A stretch of 64,000 nucleotides of DNA from Pseudomonadota bacterium (GCA_039186325.1 JBCDAD010000002.1:50-64049); one strand, 5' to 3'; positions 32,814-43,343 are shown, numbered from the stretch's first letter. The notes: a model not told the origin generated them from the letters alone. A program made the numbers and translations.

Positions 32814-33128
32814 GATTTCCCCCTTGTCCCTTTCGGACATTCCATTTCGTTAAATGGTTCGGCTAAAATCTGCATTGTCTTTTCTTAAAATCGACGAATG
32901 CAATTGGCGTGCGGGTCAAAGAAGAGTCGCTATTTACCTAGTCTGTTATCCCTTTACCGGGGTCATGAATTCAAAGGATTGCGTTTAAGGTGCGTGTGGC
33001 CGCCGTTTTGCTCGCCATTACGCATTCGCGAAAGCGAATCTAATTTTGAACCAGAGGTTGTGGACAGCGCGCCGCCCCCGTAGAAATCTCAAAAATTAAA
33101 CATCCCAAGGGGCGGAGAATCGAAAACC

Positions 33129-34514
33129 ATGCCATCGCCAATTTTAATGCCTGCGCTTTCTCCAACGATGGAAGAGGGCACGCTGGCGAAGTGGACGGTA
33201 AAGGAGGGCGATCGGGTCTCGTCGGGGGATGTGATCGCGGAAATCGAGACAGACAAAGCGACGATGGAAGTTGAAGCCGTCGATGAGGGCGTGATCGGCA
33301 AGATTCTCGTGGCGGAAGGATCGGAAAACGTCAAAGTTAACGAGCCGATCGCTGTCATAATTGAAGATGGCGAAAGCGCCGATGACATCGATGTCTCGCA
33401 GTTTAATGGTGCGGCGCCCCCGAGCCAGGAGACGCAACCAGAACCAACGGAGACGCCGAGCACAGCGCCAGCGACCGCCGCCAATGTCGCCGCGGCGCCG
33501 GCGGACCCGGAATTGCCCGCAGACACGGAAATGACGCCAACCACCATTCGCGACGCCTTGCGCGACGCGATGGCGGAGGAAATGCGCCGCGATCCGGATG
33601 TCTTTTTGATGGGCGAAGAGGTTGCAGAGTATCAAGGCGCTTACAAAGTGAGCCGCGGTCTGTTGGAAGAATTCGGCGCGCGACGCGTCGTTGACACGCC
33701 GATTACAGAATATGGATTCGCCGGGCTGGGAACCGGGGCCGCATTCGCCGGCCTTAAACCCATTGTCGAATTCATGACATGGAATTTCGCTATGCAGGCG
33801 ATTGACCACATCATTAATTCCGCCGCCAAAACCCGGTATATGTCCGGTGGCCAGATGGGATCGCCCATTGTTTTTCGCGGACCCAACGCTGCGGCAGCCC
33901 GGGTCGCCGCACAGCATTCGCAGGACTATGCGGCCTGGTACTCCAACGTACCCGGATTAATTGTGATTTCGCCTTTTTCCGCTGCTGACGCCAAGGGGTT
34001 ATTGAAGGCGGCGATAAGAGACCCCAACCCGGTTGTCTTTCTCGAGCATGAACTTCTTTATGGCGACACGATGGAGGTTCCCAATATTGACGATTGGGTC
34101 TTGCCAATAGGTAAGGCGCGCGTGGCGCGGCAAGGAAGTGATGTCACGATCGTTTCCTATTCGCGCGGCGTAAAATTCTCTCTTGAGGCTGCAGCAATTC
34201 TGGCTGCTGACGGCGTCTCCGCCGAGGTTGTGGATCTGAGGACGTTACGCCCAATGGATGCGGCGACAGTGATCGAGAGCGTGAAAAAAACCAATCGTGT
34301 CGTGACCGTGGAGGAGGGATGGGCGCCGTGCGGCATTGGCGCGGAAGTCGCCTGGCAGGTCACCCAACACGCCTTTGATTACCTGGATGCGCCGCCCGCC
34401 CGCGTGACGCAGGAAGATACGCCGCTGCCCTATGCGGAAAATCTGGAAGCGCTAAGTCTTCCGAATGCGGAAAAGGTTGTGAATGCGGCGAGGCAGGTTT
34501 TGTATTTGGATTAG
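33129..34514 (+). CDS. pdhB: Pyruvate dehydrogenase E1 beta subunit with N-terminal lipoyl domain
   Basis: [11 protein letters not shown]...ETDKA lipoyl domain; [24 protein letters not shown]. Confidence 0.95.
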   Translation: MPSPILMPALSPTMEEGTLAKWTVKEGDRVSSGDVIAEIETDKATMEVEAVDEGVIGKILVAEGSENVKVNEPIAVIIEDGESADDIDVSQFNGAAPPSQETQPEPTETPSTAPATAANVAAAPADPELPADTEMTPTTIRDALRDAMAEEMRRDPDVFLMGEEVAEYQGAYKVSRGLLEEFGARRVVDTPITEYGFAGLGTGAAFAGLKPIVEFMTWNFAMQAIDHIINSAAKTRYMSGGQMGSPIVFRGPNAAAARVAAQHSQDYAAWYSNVPGLIVISPFSAADAKGLLKAAIRDPNPVVFLEHELLYGDTMEVPNIDDWVLPIGKARVARQGSDVTIVSYSRGVKFSLEAAAILAADGVSAEVVDLRTLRPMDAATVIESVKKTNRVVTVEEGWAPCGIGAEVAWQVTQHAFDYLDAPPARVTQEDTPLPYAENLEALSLPNAEKVVNAARQVLYLD

Positions 34515-34558
34515 GTAACTTCATCTTCAAGTGGTGTTAAGCCGAGACCGGTGCTTTG

Positions 34559-35008
34559 ATGAAATATGTTGGAAGCTGTCATTGCAACACGGTGACAGTG
34601 ACATTTGAAACGGACAAGTCGCCCGAAGAGCTGGGCGTCAGGACCTGTCAGTGCACTTTTTGCCGGGCCCATGGCGCTGCGAATATCTCCGATCGCGATG
34701 GCCGGGTTCATATCGACTGTGCTGAAAGCGATATCGTTCGGTATTGCTTCGCCTTAAAAACCGCAGACTTCCTGATCTGCCGAACCTGCGGGGTCTATTT
34801 TCTTGCGGCGATCGGTGAAGGCGATCACCTTTTCTCTACACTGAACACCAATGGCCTCGCCATGGCGGCGTTCGTTGGCGTTGCTGAGACGCCGATGGTT
34901 TACGATGCAGAAGACGACAACGCCCGTATCGACCGGCGACACCTCAAATGGACCCCGACGACATTCTCCGATAAGGCTCTCTCGGCGAGTTATTTCGGTC
35001 CACATTAA
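34559..35008 (+). CDS. GFA/CENP-V family zinc-binding protein
   Basis: GSCHC, CQCTFC, CRTCG. Confidence 0.8.
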   Translation: MKYVGSCHCNTVTVTFETDKSPEELGVRTCQCTFCRAHGAANISDRDGRVHIDCAESDIVRYCFALKTADFLICRTCGVYFLAAIGEGDHLFSTLNTNGLAMAAFVGVAETPMVYDAEDDNARIDRRHLKWTPTTFSDKALSASYFGPH

Positions 35009-35027
35009 ATCGGGAAGGATTCTTACC

Positions 35028-35456
35028 ATGCGCATCTTGCTCACGATATTCTTGCTCTTTTCTACACCGATTTCTGCAGAAACGGCGGTCGAAGATGTCG
35101 CGGCGATAGAGTCGGCGATTACCGACTATTTTGACGGGATCGGCGCTGCGGACGCGGAAAGATTAAACCGGGCGTTCGCGGCGGATAAAGCCGCGATGGT
35201 CGGCGTGGTAAAACACGACGACGGCGCAAGAGAGGTAATGGCGTTCCCCGACATGACGCAGGTGATTGCCGGTTGGGCTGGCGACCCCGATCCGGAAGGG
35301 CTTGGCCGTGATGGCGAAATTCTCGAAATGAAGGTTGTCGACGGACAGATCGCGATGGTGATGTTCCGCTACAAAGACGAGTATTATGATGTCCTGACTC
35401 TGGTCAAAGTCGACGACGTCTGGAAGATTGTGACCAAAACATTCGTGCAGAGATAA
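35028..35456 (+). CDS. NTF2-like (lumazine-binding/SnoaL-type) secreted protein
   Basis: Signal peptide; I.DYFDG...D.E.L..AF and [16 protein letters not shown]. Confidence 0.7.
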   Translation: MRILLTIFLLFSTPISAETAVEDVAAIESAITDYFDGIGAADAERLNRAFAADKAAMVGVVKHDDGAREVMAFPDMTQVIAGWAGDPDPEGLGRDGEILEMKVVDGQIAMVMFRYKDEYYDVLTLVKVDDVWKIVTKTFVQR

Positions 35457-35487
35457 AAACCAAAAGCCTGTAAAGGAAAGAACCTCT

Positions 35488-36792
35488 ATGCCGACGCCCA
35501 TTCTAATGCCCGCTTTGTCGCCGACCATGGAAGAAGGCGCCATAGCAAAATGGAACGTCAAGGAGGGCGATCAGGTGTCGTCCGGAGATGTTATCGCCGA
35601 GATCGAGACCGACAAAGCGACCATGGAAGTTGAGGCTGTGGACGAGGGCGCGGTTGCGAAAATTCTCGTTCCCGCCGGCTCCGAAGGCGTGAAAGTGAAC
35701 ACGCCGATCGCCGTTTTGGTGGAGGACGGGGAGGACGCAAGCGACATTGATTTGGAGTCTTTACAGCCGGCTCCGACAACAGCGCCGCAGGACCCGACCC
35801 CTGCGCAAACATCCACTGAGAAAACACCGTCCGCAACGAATGGGGAGAGTGCGCCAGCCAGCGCATCGCAATCAACGACGCACAATGGCGGTCGCATTCA
35901 TGCCTCGCCCCTCGCCAAGCGTATTGCAAAAAACGAGGGGCTGAATCTCGCGGCGATCAAGGGATCGGGCCCTCACGGACGGATTGTTAAGCGCGACATT
36001 GAAAAAGCGCTCGCTGACGGCGTTGGGAAATCAACCGGTGAGACCGTCACGGTCTTGTCAGCATCCGTCGACCCGCGCCTTTATCCGCCGGAAAGCTACG
36101 AGGCTGTCAAACTCGATGGAATGCGGAAGGTTATCGCCAAGCGCCTCACCCAAAGTTTCAATATGGAAGTCCCGCACTTCCCATTGAATATCGACATTGA
36201 ACTCACCCAACTGCTCGCAACACGCAAACGCATTAATGACGCCGCGCCGAAAGACGGCGACGGCGCTTATAAAATTTCCGTGAATGACTTCATCATCAAA
36301 GCCTCTGCAATGGCCTTGAAAGCGGTCCCGGCGGCGAATGCGACTTATACAGATGAAGCCATTCTTCTCCACAAACATGCCGATATCGGCGTTGCGGTCG
36401 CCATTGACGGGGGGTTGATCACGCCAATCGTCTGGAAAGCGGAGACAAAGGGGCTGAAACAGATCTCAGCAGAAATCAAAGATATGGCGGCGCGCGCGCG
36501 CGGCAGAAAGTTAAAACCGGAGGAGTATCAAGGCGGGACGTTCTCCGTTTCTAATCTTGGTATGTTCGGGATTACGTCTTTCGCTTCGATCATAAATCAG
36601 CCCCATGGGGCCATTATGTCCGTCGGCGCCGGGGAAGAGCGTGTTGTCGTCATTAATGGTGAAATGACAATCCGAACAATGATGACCGTAACGCTCACCT
36701 GCGATCATCGGGTCGTGGACGGGGCGATTGGCGCAGAGTTTCTGGGCGCGTTCAAACGGTTCATTGAAGAACCCGCAGCGATGTTAGTTTGA
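35488..36792 (+). CDS. pdhC: Pyruvate dehydrogenase E2 dihydrolipoamide acetyltransferase
   Basis: Lipoyl domain, [18 protein letters not shown]3-binding domain, DHRVVDG. Confidence 0.95.
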   Translation: MPTPILMPALSPTMEEGAIAKWNVKEGDQVSSGDVIAEIETDKATMEVEAVDEGAVAKILVPAGSEGVKVNTPIAVLVEDGEDASDIDLESLQPAPTTAPQDPTPAQTSTEKTPSATNGESAPASASQSTTHNGGRIHASPLAKRIAKNEGLNLAAIKGSGPHGRIVKRDIEKALADGVGKSTGETVTVLSASVDPRLYPPESYEAVKLDGMRKVIAKRLTQSFNMEVPHFPLNIDIELTQLLATRKRINDAAPKDGDGAYKISVNDFIIKASAMALKAVPAANATYTDEAILLHKHADIGVAVAIDGGLITPIVWKAETKGLKQISAEIKDMAARARGRKLKPEEYQGGTFSVSNLGMFGITSFASIINQPHGAIMSVGAGEERVVVINGEMTIRTMMTVTLTCDHRVVDGAIGAEFLGAFKRFIEEPAAMLV

Positions 36793-37238
36793 CGATTTCC
36801 GTTCTGGTGAAGACCTCTGATGAAATCTGCATTCTGAATTTGGTGTTCGGTTACGCCGAAGCCATAGACCAGGGTAATTTCGAGGCCGCCGCGGCCATCC
36901 TGTCAGATGCTGACATTTATCTGCGCAACGGCCAGACGATCGGCTCGACACAATTGTTGGAGATCTGGCGCAAGCTCGTCATAATTTACGAAGACGGCAC
37001 GCCGCGAACCAAACATGTTGTGACGAACCCGATCCTGGAGATTGTCGATCAGCAGGCGGAATGTCGGTCATACTACAGTGTTTTTCAGCAGACAGAAGAT
37101 TTTCCGCTGCAGATGATTGCGTCCGGGCGCTATAAGCATCAATTCGAAAAACGGGACGGGAAATGGCGAATCACCAAGCTCGATTACTCGCTGGTCGATT
37201 TTGAGGGGGATTTAAGCTGTCATCTGCGAAACCGGTGA
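36789..37238 (+). CDS. NTF2/SnoaL-like domain protein
   Basis: [23 protein letters not shown]...F.K.DG.W. Confidence 0.7.
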   Translation: MTISVLVKTSDEICILNLVFGYAEAIDQGNFEAAAAILSDADIYLRNGQTIGSTQLLEIWRKLVIIYEDGTPRTKHVVTNPILEIVDQQAECRSYYSVFQQTEDFPLQMIASGRYKHQFEKRDGKWRITKLDYSLVDFEGDLSCHLRNR

Positions 37239-37410
37239 CTTTACCGTTTAAATGCGGCCGGCGTCCCGAGCCCGGCGATCCGTGCAATCGATTTGCAACA
37301 AAAGCCTACACTTCGTGAAACTTGATCATTGGGCTGCCTTAATTCCGCCCGGAAGTGGCGCGCGCGCGCCCTTAAATCCTCTCGTGTCGCCGGGGAGTAG
37401 TGTACTGGGC

Positions 37411-37560
37411 CTAGCGACAGGCGAGGCGGGTGGCATTTATCTCTCCCCCATGGCTGCTCAGCCTCGCCACTAGTTTCGAGTTTCGCCGGTGTTGCGTTTT
37501 TCGGCGATCCGTGTGGCGGGCGCCCATCTCTCTCTCCCCATTGCGGGCGCCCGTCGCATA
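37411..37560 (+). ncRNA. Candidate small RNA A: three hairpins, two with a UCUCUCCCC(C)AU loop
   Basis: Stems 37420-37434/37453-37468 and 37512-37525/37545-37558 contain G.U pairs valid only on the + strand; both loops contain TCTCTCCCC(C)AT. Boundaries approximate. Confidence 0.5.
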
Positions 37561-37697
37561 TCGTCATTTCCTGATAGAACGCCGTCCTTTGCATCCCTTT
37601 GGGTGCGTCCGAATTTTACGATGCTGTAGAGGCGTTTACGTGCGGGTGATGTAACGACGCACGTTACAGGGGAAAATTGACAGGTTTTGCCTTGTTT

Positions 37698-37726
37698 TTG
37701 ACACAATTCGATTGTAATTGTATAAC
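37698..37726 (+). promoter_or_regulatory. Sigma70-type promoter
   Basis: TTGACA-N17-TATAAC. Confidence 0.55.
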
Positions 37727-37813
37727 ATCACGATCTTACCCCGATTTGGGGTTATGCGGATCAAGATTCTGTTGCGTTTCAATGAGTTGCGTTTTTTTCT
37801 TCGTTGCGTAGCA

Positions 37814-37885
37814 GGGACGGGCGGCTTCGAGTCCCCCATAAGGGCCGCCCGTTCCACACACCTCTGACGAAGCTCCCAGACGTCA
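37814..37885 (+). ncRNA. Candidate small RNA B: hairpin with UCCCCCAU loop plus small hairpin with CUCCCA loop
   Basis: 14-bp stem 37814-37827/37842-37855 (G.U on + strand) with loop CGAGTCCCCCATAA; TGACG/CGTCA stem around AAGCTCCCAGA. Confidence 0.4.
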
Positions 37886-37973
37886 TACCGAATTTTCGCC
37901 ACACCGAATTTTTCAAAATCCTGGGCCGTAATCGGTTGCGCGCGTCCGTTTGCTGGGATAAACGGCGCTGCTT

Positions 37974-38016
37974 CGTGGGAGGTTTGGGCGAAAGTCCAGT
38001 TTCAAACCGCACCACG
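37974..38016 (+). promoter_or_regulatory. rplK leader, putative L1 autogenous binding site
   Basis: CGTGG-GA-GGTTTG...CAAACC-GCA-CCACG stem with an internal purine loop upstream of rplK-rplA; L1 is known to repress this operon. Confidence 0.65.
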
Positions 38017-38080
38017 TCCCCTTCAATGAACCGCTGTCATGTCAATGGCTGCGGTCACTGCTATTTGGAAGGACCATAGA

Positions 38081-38509
38081 ATGGCAAAAAAAATCGACGG
38101 CTATCTGAAATTACAGGTGCCGGCGGGTGCGGCAAATCCGTCTCCGCCAATCGGCCCGGCATTGGGTCAACGCGGCCTGAATATCATGGAGTTTTGCAAG
38201 GCGTTTAACGCAAAAACCCAAGAAATGGAAAAAGGCATGCCGGTGCCCACGATCATTACGATCTTCACCGACAAGTCATTCACATTCATTACAAAGACCC
38301 CGCCCGCTTCATACTATCTGAAAAAAGCAGCGAAGCTTCAAAAGGGCGGCTCTGCGCCAGGTAAAGAAGTCGCGGGCGCTGTGACGGTCGCCCAATGCCG
38401 TGAAATCGCTGAAGCGAAAATGAAAGATCTGAATGCGAATGATCTTGATGCGGCGACAAAGATTATTGAAGGCTCCGCCCGTGCGATGGGCCTGGAAGTG
38501 CGGGAGTAG
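38081..38509 (+). CDS. rplK: 50S ribosomal protein L11
   Basis: [32 protein letters not shown]. Confidence 0.98.
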   Translation: MAKKIDGYLKLQVPAGAANPSPPIGPALGQRGLNIMEFCKAFNAKTQEMEKGMPVPTIITIFTDKSFTFITKTPPASYYLKKAAKLQKGGSAPGKEVAGAVTVAQCREIAEAKMKDLNANDLDAATKIIEGSARAMGLEVRE

Positions 38510-38514
38510 GGCTC

Positions 38515-39204
38515 ATGACGAAAACAGGAAAACGTATCGCCGCCGCGCGCAACAACGTCGAACGCAACAAACTCTATTCGGTTGAAGAAGCCGTCGCCTT
38601 GGTCAAACAGAACGCCAAAGCAAAGTTTGATGAAACGGTCGAAATTTCCATGAATTTGGGCGTCGATCCGCGTCATGCGGACCAGATGGTCCGCGGCGTT
38701 GTCGCCCTGCCGAACGGAACAGGTCGAAGTGTTCGCGTCGCTGTTTTTGCAAAAGATGCAAAAGCAGAAGAAGCAAAAGCAGCGGGCGCTGACATTGTCG
38801 GCGCCGAAGACCTCATGGAGAAAATCCAGGGTGGTTTTATGGATTTTGACCGTGTGATCGCGACGCCGGATATGATGGCTGTCGTTGGCCGGCTCGGCAA
38901 AGTGCTCGGCCCGCGTGGATTAATGCCGAACCCGAAAGTGGGCACTGTTACGCCGGATGTCACCAAGGCGGTGAAGGACTCCAAAGGCGGCGCGGTTGAA
39001 TTCCGTGTTGAAAAGGCGGGCATTGTGCATGCGGGGGTCGGCAAGATCAGTTTCGACGAAACCAAAATTGCGGAGAATGTCAAAGCCTTCATCGATGCTG
39101 TGGCCAAAGCCAAACCGTCAGGCGCGAAGGGCGCTTATATTAAGAAGATCGCGATCTCCTCGACCATGGGCCCTGGTGTCCGGATCGAATCCGCATCGGC
39201 TTGA
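38515..39204 (+). CDS. rplA: 50S ribosomal protein L1
   Basis: [43 protein letters not shown]. Confidence 0.98.
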   Translation: MTKTGKRIAAARNNVERNKLYSVEEAVALVKQNAKAKFDETVEISMNLGVDPRHADQMVRGVVALPNGTGRSVRVAVFAKDAKAEEAKAAGADIVGAEDLMEKIQGGFMDFDRVIATPDMMAVVGRLGKVLGPRGLMPNPKVGTVTPDVTKAVKDSKGGAVEFRVEKAGIVHAGVGKISFDETKIAENVKAFIDAVAKAKPSGAKGAYIKKIAISSTMGPGVRIESASA

Positions 39205-39225
39205 AGTTTGCGAATTTTGCTGAAA

Positions 39226-39256
39226 GAACGGCCGCATTTCGCGGCCGTTTCTTTTT
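39226..39256 (+). terminator. Intrinsic terminator after rplA
   Basis: GAACGGCCGC-atttc-GCGGCCGTTT followed by CTTTTT. Confidence 0.85.
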
Positions 39257-39432
39257 GCATCGCGATAATTTCGCAACACATCTGACGATCGCATCAGTGT
39301 TGCAACGCGAACAATTACATAAATGAATAACGAAAATTTTTACTTTTTGAGAATTCTTTTTTGAGGAGAGTTCTTAACAAGGATATTCCCCAAATTCGGG
39401 AAAAATTCGAAAAAACAAGCAAATATGAGGCT

Positions 39433-39477
39433 TTAACCAAAAATTCACCTTGACGGATCAGTTTAAATTCGATCTAA
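39433..39477 (+). promoter_or_regulatory. Two CtrA-like boxes upstream of the VPLPA-CTERM gene
   Basis: TTAA-ccaaaaa-TTCAC (39433-39448) and TTAA-attcgat-CTAA (39463-39477), flanking a TTGACG. Confidence 0.4.
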
Positions 39478-39513
39478 ACAGCATGGTTTAGTAGCTCAAG
39501 TAGGGGGACATTT

Positions 39514-40215
39514 ATGTCCAAAGTTCTTGGCGCAATTGCAGGTCTCGCCACCCTGGCATTTGCATCTCAGGCAAGCGCAGCGACGTTTGTTTTCGACGGC
39601 AACGCTGACGGGTCGCCTGTTGATGCGCCGATTTCCAACATCGCTATGGATTGCGGTACGATCGGACAGGATTTCTGTACCGATAATGACGCGCTCGGCT
39701 TCGATTATTCGAAGGATGGCATTGCTTTTAACGTTGTCGCCAGACTTGGCGACGCGACAACCGAGTTGATCCAGGATCTGGTTGGCCCGAACCAAGGTCT
39801 CGGCGCGCTTTCCGAAGGCGGCCAGACAATGGACCAAATCAACCCGGGCGAGTCGATCCTCATCACTTTTGAGGATGAAGTGACTCTTTCCGACATCTGG
39901 TTGAACGACGGCATTTCTCAAGACTGCCCAGGCGGTGGTTCTGAAGGACCTTGCGGCGATGTCGGCATCAGCATTGATGGCGGTTCTGTCGTATCCTTCA
40001 CCGAGTTCCTCGCTCAAGGCGTTCTGGGTGATGGCGGCGGCGCAGTTCTGGCGCTGGTCGGCACGACCTTTGAGTTTTTCGCTTTGACGGCGAATGCTGG
40101 TTATTCCATCGAGCAGTTCACTGTTTCTGATGTTCCTGTTCCAGCTGCATTGCCATTGCTGATCAGCGGTATCGCTGGCCTTGGCTTCGCCGCTCGCCGA
40201 CGTAAGTCTGCATAA
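39514..40215 (+). CDS. VPLPA-CTERM (PEP-CTERM class) exosortase-sorted surface protein
   Basis: Signal peptide ASA-AT; C-terminal VPVPAALPLLISGIAGLGFAARRRK sorting signal; GGGGGA RBS. Confidence 0.88.
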   Translation: MSKVLGAIAGLATLAFASQASAATFVFDGNADGSPVDAPISNIAMDCGTIGQDFCTDNDALGFDYSKDGIAFNVVARLGDATTELIQDLVGPNQGLGALSEGGQTMDQINPGESILITFEDEVTLSDIWLNDGISQDCPGGGSEGPCGDVGISIDGGSVVSFTEFLAQGVLGDGGGAVLALVGTTFEFFALTANAGYSIEQFTVSDVPVPAALPLLISGIAGLGFAARRRKSA

Positions 40216-40244
40216 AACTTTCGCCAGATTTCGATTTGGCTTGG

Positions 40245-40274
40245 AAAGCCTGCGATGAAAATCGCAGGCTTTTT
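40245..40274 (+). terminator. Intrinsic terminator after the VPLPA-CTERM gene
   Basis: AAAGCCTGCGAT-gaaa-ATCGCAGGCTTTTT. Confidence 0.85.
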
Positions 40275-40461
40275 CGATTCTTGGAGCGGTTTGCGCCAGA
40301 TATAACTCGCGCGAGCTGTCGAAAACGGCTCAACGTCCTTGTTTATGCGGATTGCGGACGCCAAACCGGTGCGCCGCTTTTGTTGCAATCCCCTCTGTCC
40401 ATAGTCTGGGGAAAGGCGCCAATTGCGGGGGCGTCCGAATTGGCTCAGTAAATGTTGGCGC

Positions 40462-42285
40462 ATGAATAGCAACACAGCAATTAAGCAGAATCCCCCTGAA
40501 TCCTCTGTGGAGGACATACTTGATGGCGGCGCCTTTCAATATGGGCGAACCGCCTCGGGCCGGCGCTGGTTGGCGGCGCCGTTTGACAAGGCGACAGCCG
40601 ACGCGATTGTAGCGGCGCAGAAGACAAATCCGATCCTCGCGAACATTTTGGCCGCGCGCGGTATCGGTCCGAAGACAGTCGGCGCATTCCTGAATCCGAG
40701 TTTGCGGGAGGATATGCCGGACCCGTTTGTCCTGGCGGGCTTGGACGAAGCGGTTGAAAGCCTTGGCGACGTTATCCTGTCTGGGGGCCGGATCGGCATA
40801 TTCGGTGATTATGATGTGGACGGGGTCACCGCCGCCAGCATGCTCGCCCGTTACTTTGACGCCATCAATGCCGACCGCATCGTTTACTTGCCCGACCGCA
40901 TTCTTGAAGGATACGGCCCGACCGCGGCCGCCTTCGGGCGATTATTGTCGGATGGCGCCGACATTATTGTTACCGTCGATTGCGGCGCCGCAGCGCACGG
41001 GCCGGTCAATGACGCCGCGTCCAAGGGTGCAGTCATCGTTGTGCTCGACCATCATCTAATGGCGGACGACGGGCCGACGGCGGCAAAAGCAATCGTCAAT
41101 CCTAATCGGCCGGACGACCAGTCAGGACTGAAGAACCTATCGGCTGCCGGCGTTGTATTTATGGCGCTCGTCGCCCTGAACAGATCATTGCGTGAGAAGG
41201 GTTTTTTCGATGACCGGCCGGAACCGGATCTGCGTCAATGGCTGGATCTGACGGCGCTGGGTCTTGTTTGCGATGTCATGGAGATGACGGGCTTCACCCG
41301 CACACTCGTCGCGCAAGGGCTGAAAGTGCTCGATCAGAAAACAAATATCGGGCTCACGGCCTTGGCCAAGCGCGCCGGCGCAAAAGGCGCGGCCAGCACC
41401 TATCACCTCGGCTTTCTCCTTGGGCCGCGGATTAATGCCGCCGGTCGCATCGGGCATGCTCAATTGGCGTTTGACCTACTGACGTCATCGGATGAGACGC
41501 ACGCGGCGCAGCTTGCCGAACGATTGCACATCATGAACGCCGACCGCCAGGCGATCGAAGCCGATACCCTGACGCAAGCGATGTTTGAAATTGAACAGCA
41601 AAATCGGCAGGACGACGACGTTATTGTCATTGCATTGGAAAAAGCGCATCCCGGCGTTGTAGGGATCGTCGCTGGCCGGTTGAAGGAAACCTATGACCGA
41701 CCCGTCCTTGTTTTGTCTTCAGAAAAGGGACTGGCCAAAGGATCCGGACGGTCGATACAGGGCGTCGATCTGGGCTCGGTGATTGCGGCGCTTTCGGCAG
41801 ACGGAACATTAGTGAGCGGCGGGGGGCACGCCATGGCCGCAGGCTTAACTGTTGTGGCTGATCGCGTTGATGCGCTTCGTACAAAGATTAATGGAATCCT
41901 CGGCCATGCGGTTGCGAAAGCAAGACGCGAGCGTTCATATCTCTACCAGAATATTGTCGCGCCGACGGCCGTCTCAAAATCGATGGCTGACCTTCTCGCT
42001 CAGGCAAGCCCGTTTGGGCCTGGCGCGCCGGAGCCAATGGTCGTTCTGCGTGATTTGCATGTAGAACAACGTCGTGTCGTTGGTGAAAATCATTTGTCCA
42101 TTCTCTTTAAAGATGCGCTTGGGGAAGCGGTGCGTGCGATTGCGTTTCGCGCTGTCGGCGAACCGTTGGATAAATTTTTGACGTCCGGTGCTGTTGTGCA
42201 TGTGCTTGGAAAAGTGCGTGCGGATGATTGGCGCGGGGGCGATCACGGCCAGCTGCATATTGTTGATGTCGCCGTTACAGGGTGA
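40462..42285 (+). CDS. recJ: Single-stranded DNA exonuclease RecJ
   Basis: GDYDVDG, TVDCG, DHH, GPRINAAGR, KGSGRS, GGGHAMAAG, PFG; start approximate. Confidence 0.95.
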   Translation: MNSNTAIKQNPPESSVEDILDGGAFQYGRTASGRRWLAAPFDKATADAIVAAQKTNPILANILAARGIGPKTVGAFLNPSLREDMPDPFVLAGLDEAVESLGDVILSGGRIGIFGDYDVDGVTAASMLARYFDAINADRIVYLPDRILEGYGPTAAAFGRLLSDGADIIVTVDCGAAAHGPVNDAASKGAVIVVLDHHLMADDGPTAAKAIVNPNRPDDQSGLKNLSAAGVVFMALVALNRSLREKGFFDDRPEPDLRQWLDLTALGLVCDVMEMTGFTRTLVAQGLKVLDQKTNIGLTALAKRAGAKGAASTYHLGFLLGPRINAAGRIGHAQLAFDLLTSSDETHAAQLAERLHIMNADRQAIEADTLTQAMFEIEQQNRQDDDVIVIALEKAHPGVVGIVAGRLKETYDRPVLVLSSEKGLAKGSGRSIQGVDLGSVIAALSADGTLVSGGGHAMAAGLTVVADRVDALRTKINGILGHAVAKARRERSYLYQNIVAPTAVSKSMADLLAQASPFGPGAPEPMVVLRDLHVEQRRVVGENHLSILFKDALGEAVRAIAFRAVGEPLDKFLTSGAVVHVLGKVRADDWRGGDHGQLHIVDVAVTG

Positions 42286-42377
42286 CGGCGACGCACGCCT
42301 GGCGCCGATCAAAAAAGGCTTGCAACGGCTTTAGATCGTCGCATATACACACCGTTCTCGCTGTCGCGGCGACGTGC

Positions 42378-42452
42378 GGGCCCTTCGTCTATCGGTTAGG
42401 ACGTCAGGTTTTCAACCTGAAAAGAGGGGTTCGATTCCCCTAGGGCCTGCCA
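42378..42452 (+). tRNA. tRNA-Glu(TTC)
   Basis: Acceptor GGGCCCT/AGGGCCT-G-CCA, anticodon arm TCAGG-TT-TTC-AA-CCTGA, GGTTCGA T-loop. Confidence 0.95.
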
Positions 42453-42659
42453 ATTCTCTCCGCGAGAAGAGCGAACTGTAACGTCGTTGGATCAAGGCAT
42501 TTCGCTCAACGTCTTCGGTGATCGCATCGCGAGAGGCAAAAACCGGTTCACACCTTCTTCGCGATACGCCAAACGCGCGCAAACCATGGAATTATCGTCC
42601 GCAAAATACCCGCTGCGCTTTGGCGAGGGACATTGCTTTCTTGCGTGATTTGGATTTTA

Positions 42660-42685
42660 CTAACAGTTGGTTAATTGCGCGTTTA
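42660..42685. promoter_or_regulatory. CtrA-like tandem half-sites upstream of the YbjN gene
   Basis: CTAA-N7-TTAA-N7-TTTA. Confidence 0.4.
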
Positions 42686-42705
42686 TTGCACGAGGGGAAT
42701 TGGCC

Positions 42706-43155
42706 ATGAGATTGCTGCCTATGATTGCAGCCGCCACGCTGATGGCGGTTTCGGCCAATGAAGCGTCAGCTGAGCCGGTCACGAAAAACGAAATCACCCG
42801 AATCTTGACGGATCAAGGTTATGTTGTGGAGGATTTGGACCGCAACAAAGTGACGGTGACTGTCGGCGAATATGTTGTCCTGATCGGCGTTGACGGGTCG
42901 GACAGGGACGTCACTTATCGGACCTATCTTGAGGGGCTCACGGGCTCCCATCTCGGGTTCGATTTTCTCAATAAATTCAATAATGAAGTCAAGTTTGGCC
43001 GCGCATATATCGATCGCGACGGCGACGTTGCGCTGCAGATGGACCGAAACTCGGCGGGGGGCGTTTCAGCGGAGAATATTCAGTCCGATTTTGACGTCTT
43101 TTTGCTGCTGATTTCGAAGTTTCTTTCCGATCTCGAAGCGCAGACAATCGCTTAG
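42706..43155 (+). CDS. YbjN-domain (T3SS chaperone-like fold) secreted protein
   Basis: Signal peptide ASA-E; N.FN....FGRAYID.DGD pattern. Confidence 0.7.
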   Translation: MRLLPMIAAATLMAVSANEASAEPVTKNEITRILTDQGYVVEDLDRNKVTVTVGEYVVLIGVDGSDRDVTYRTYLEGLTGSHLGFDFLNKFNNEVKFGRAYIDRDGDVALQMDRNSAGGVSAENIQSDFDVFLLLISKFLSDLEAQTIA

Positions 43156-43343
43156 GCAGGCTTATCAAAGAATCGGACTAAATGAGGGTTCAGTATCGCT
43201 TGGTGTCGCGTTGCAACCTAAAGGGGTAAGCGGTACAGAATTAGGTCGCGTCGGTAGAAAGCAATCGGATTGGACGGATAACTGGTCGATCCACTACAAT
43301 AGAGAAGACGGCGCTGAGGGCGCGTTTGGGGGTTCAAAGCAGA

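Noticed and set aside
33129-35730. Near-identical ~240-bp repeats at the 5' ends of pdhB and pdhC
   Set aside because: These are the homologous lipoyl domains normal for alphaproteobacterial PdhB and PdhC, not a mobile repeat
37411-37885. Hairpins as a CRISPR array or REP/MITE repeats
   Set aside because: Stems differ in sequence, only the loops are shared, spacing is irregular, and there are no cas or transposase genes
37241-38079. Several 70-120 aa ORFs in the gap before rplK
   Set aside because: No recognisable motifs, they conflict with each other, and RNA hairpins and promoter elements explain the region better
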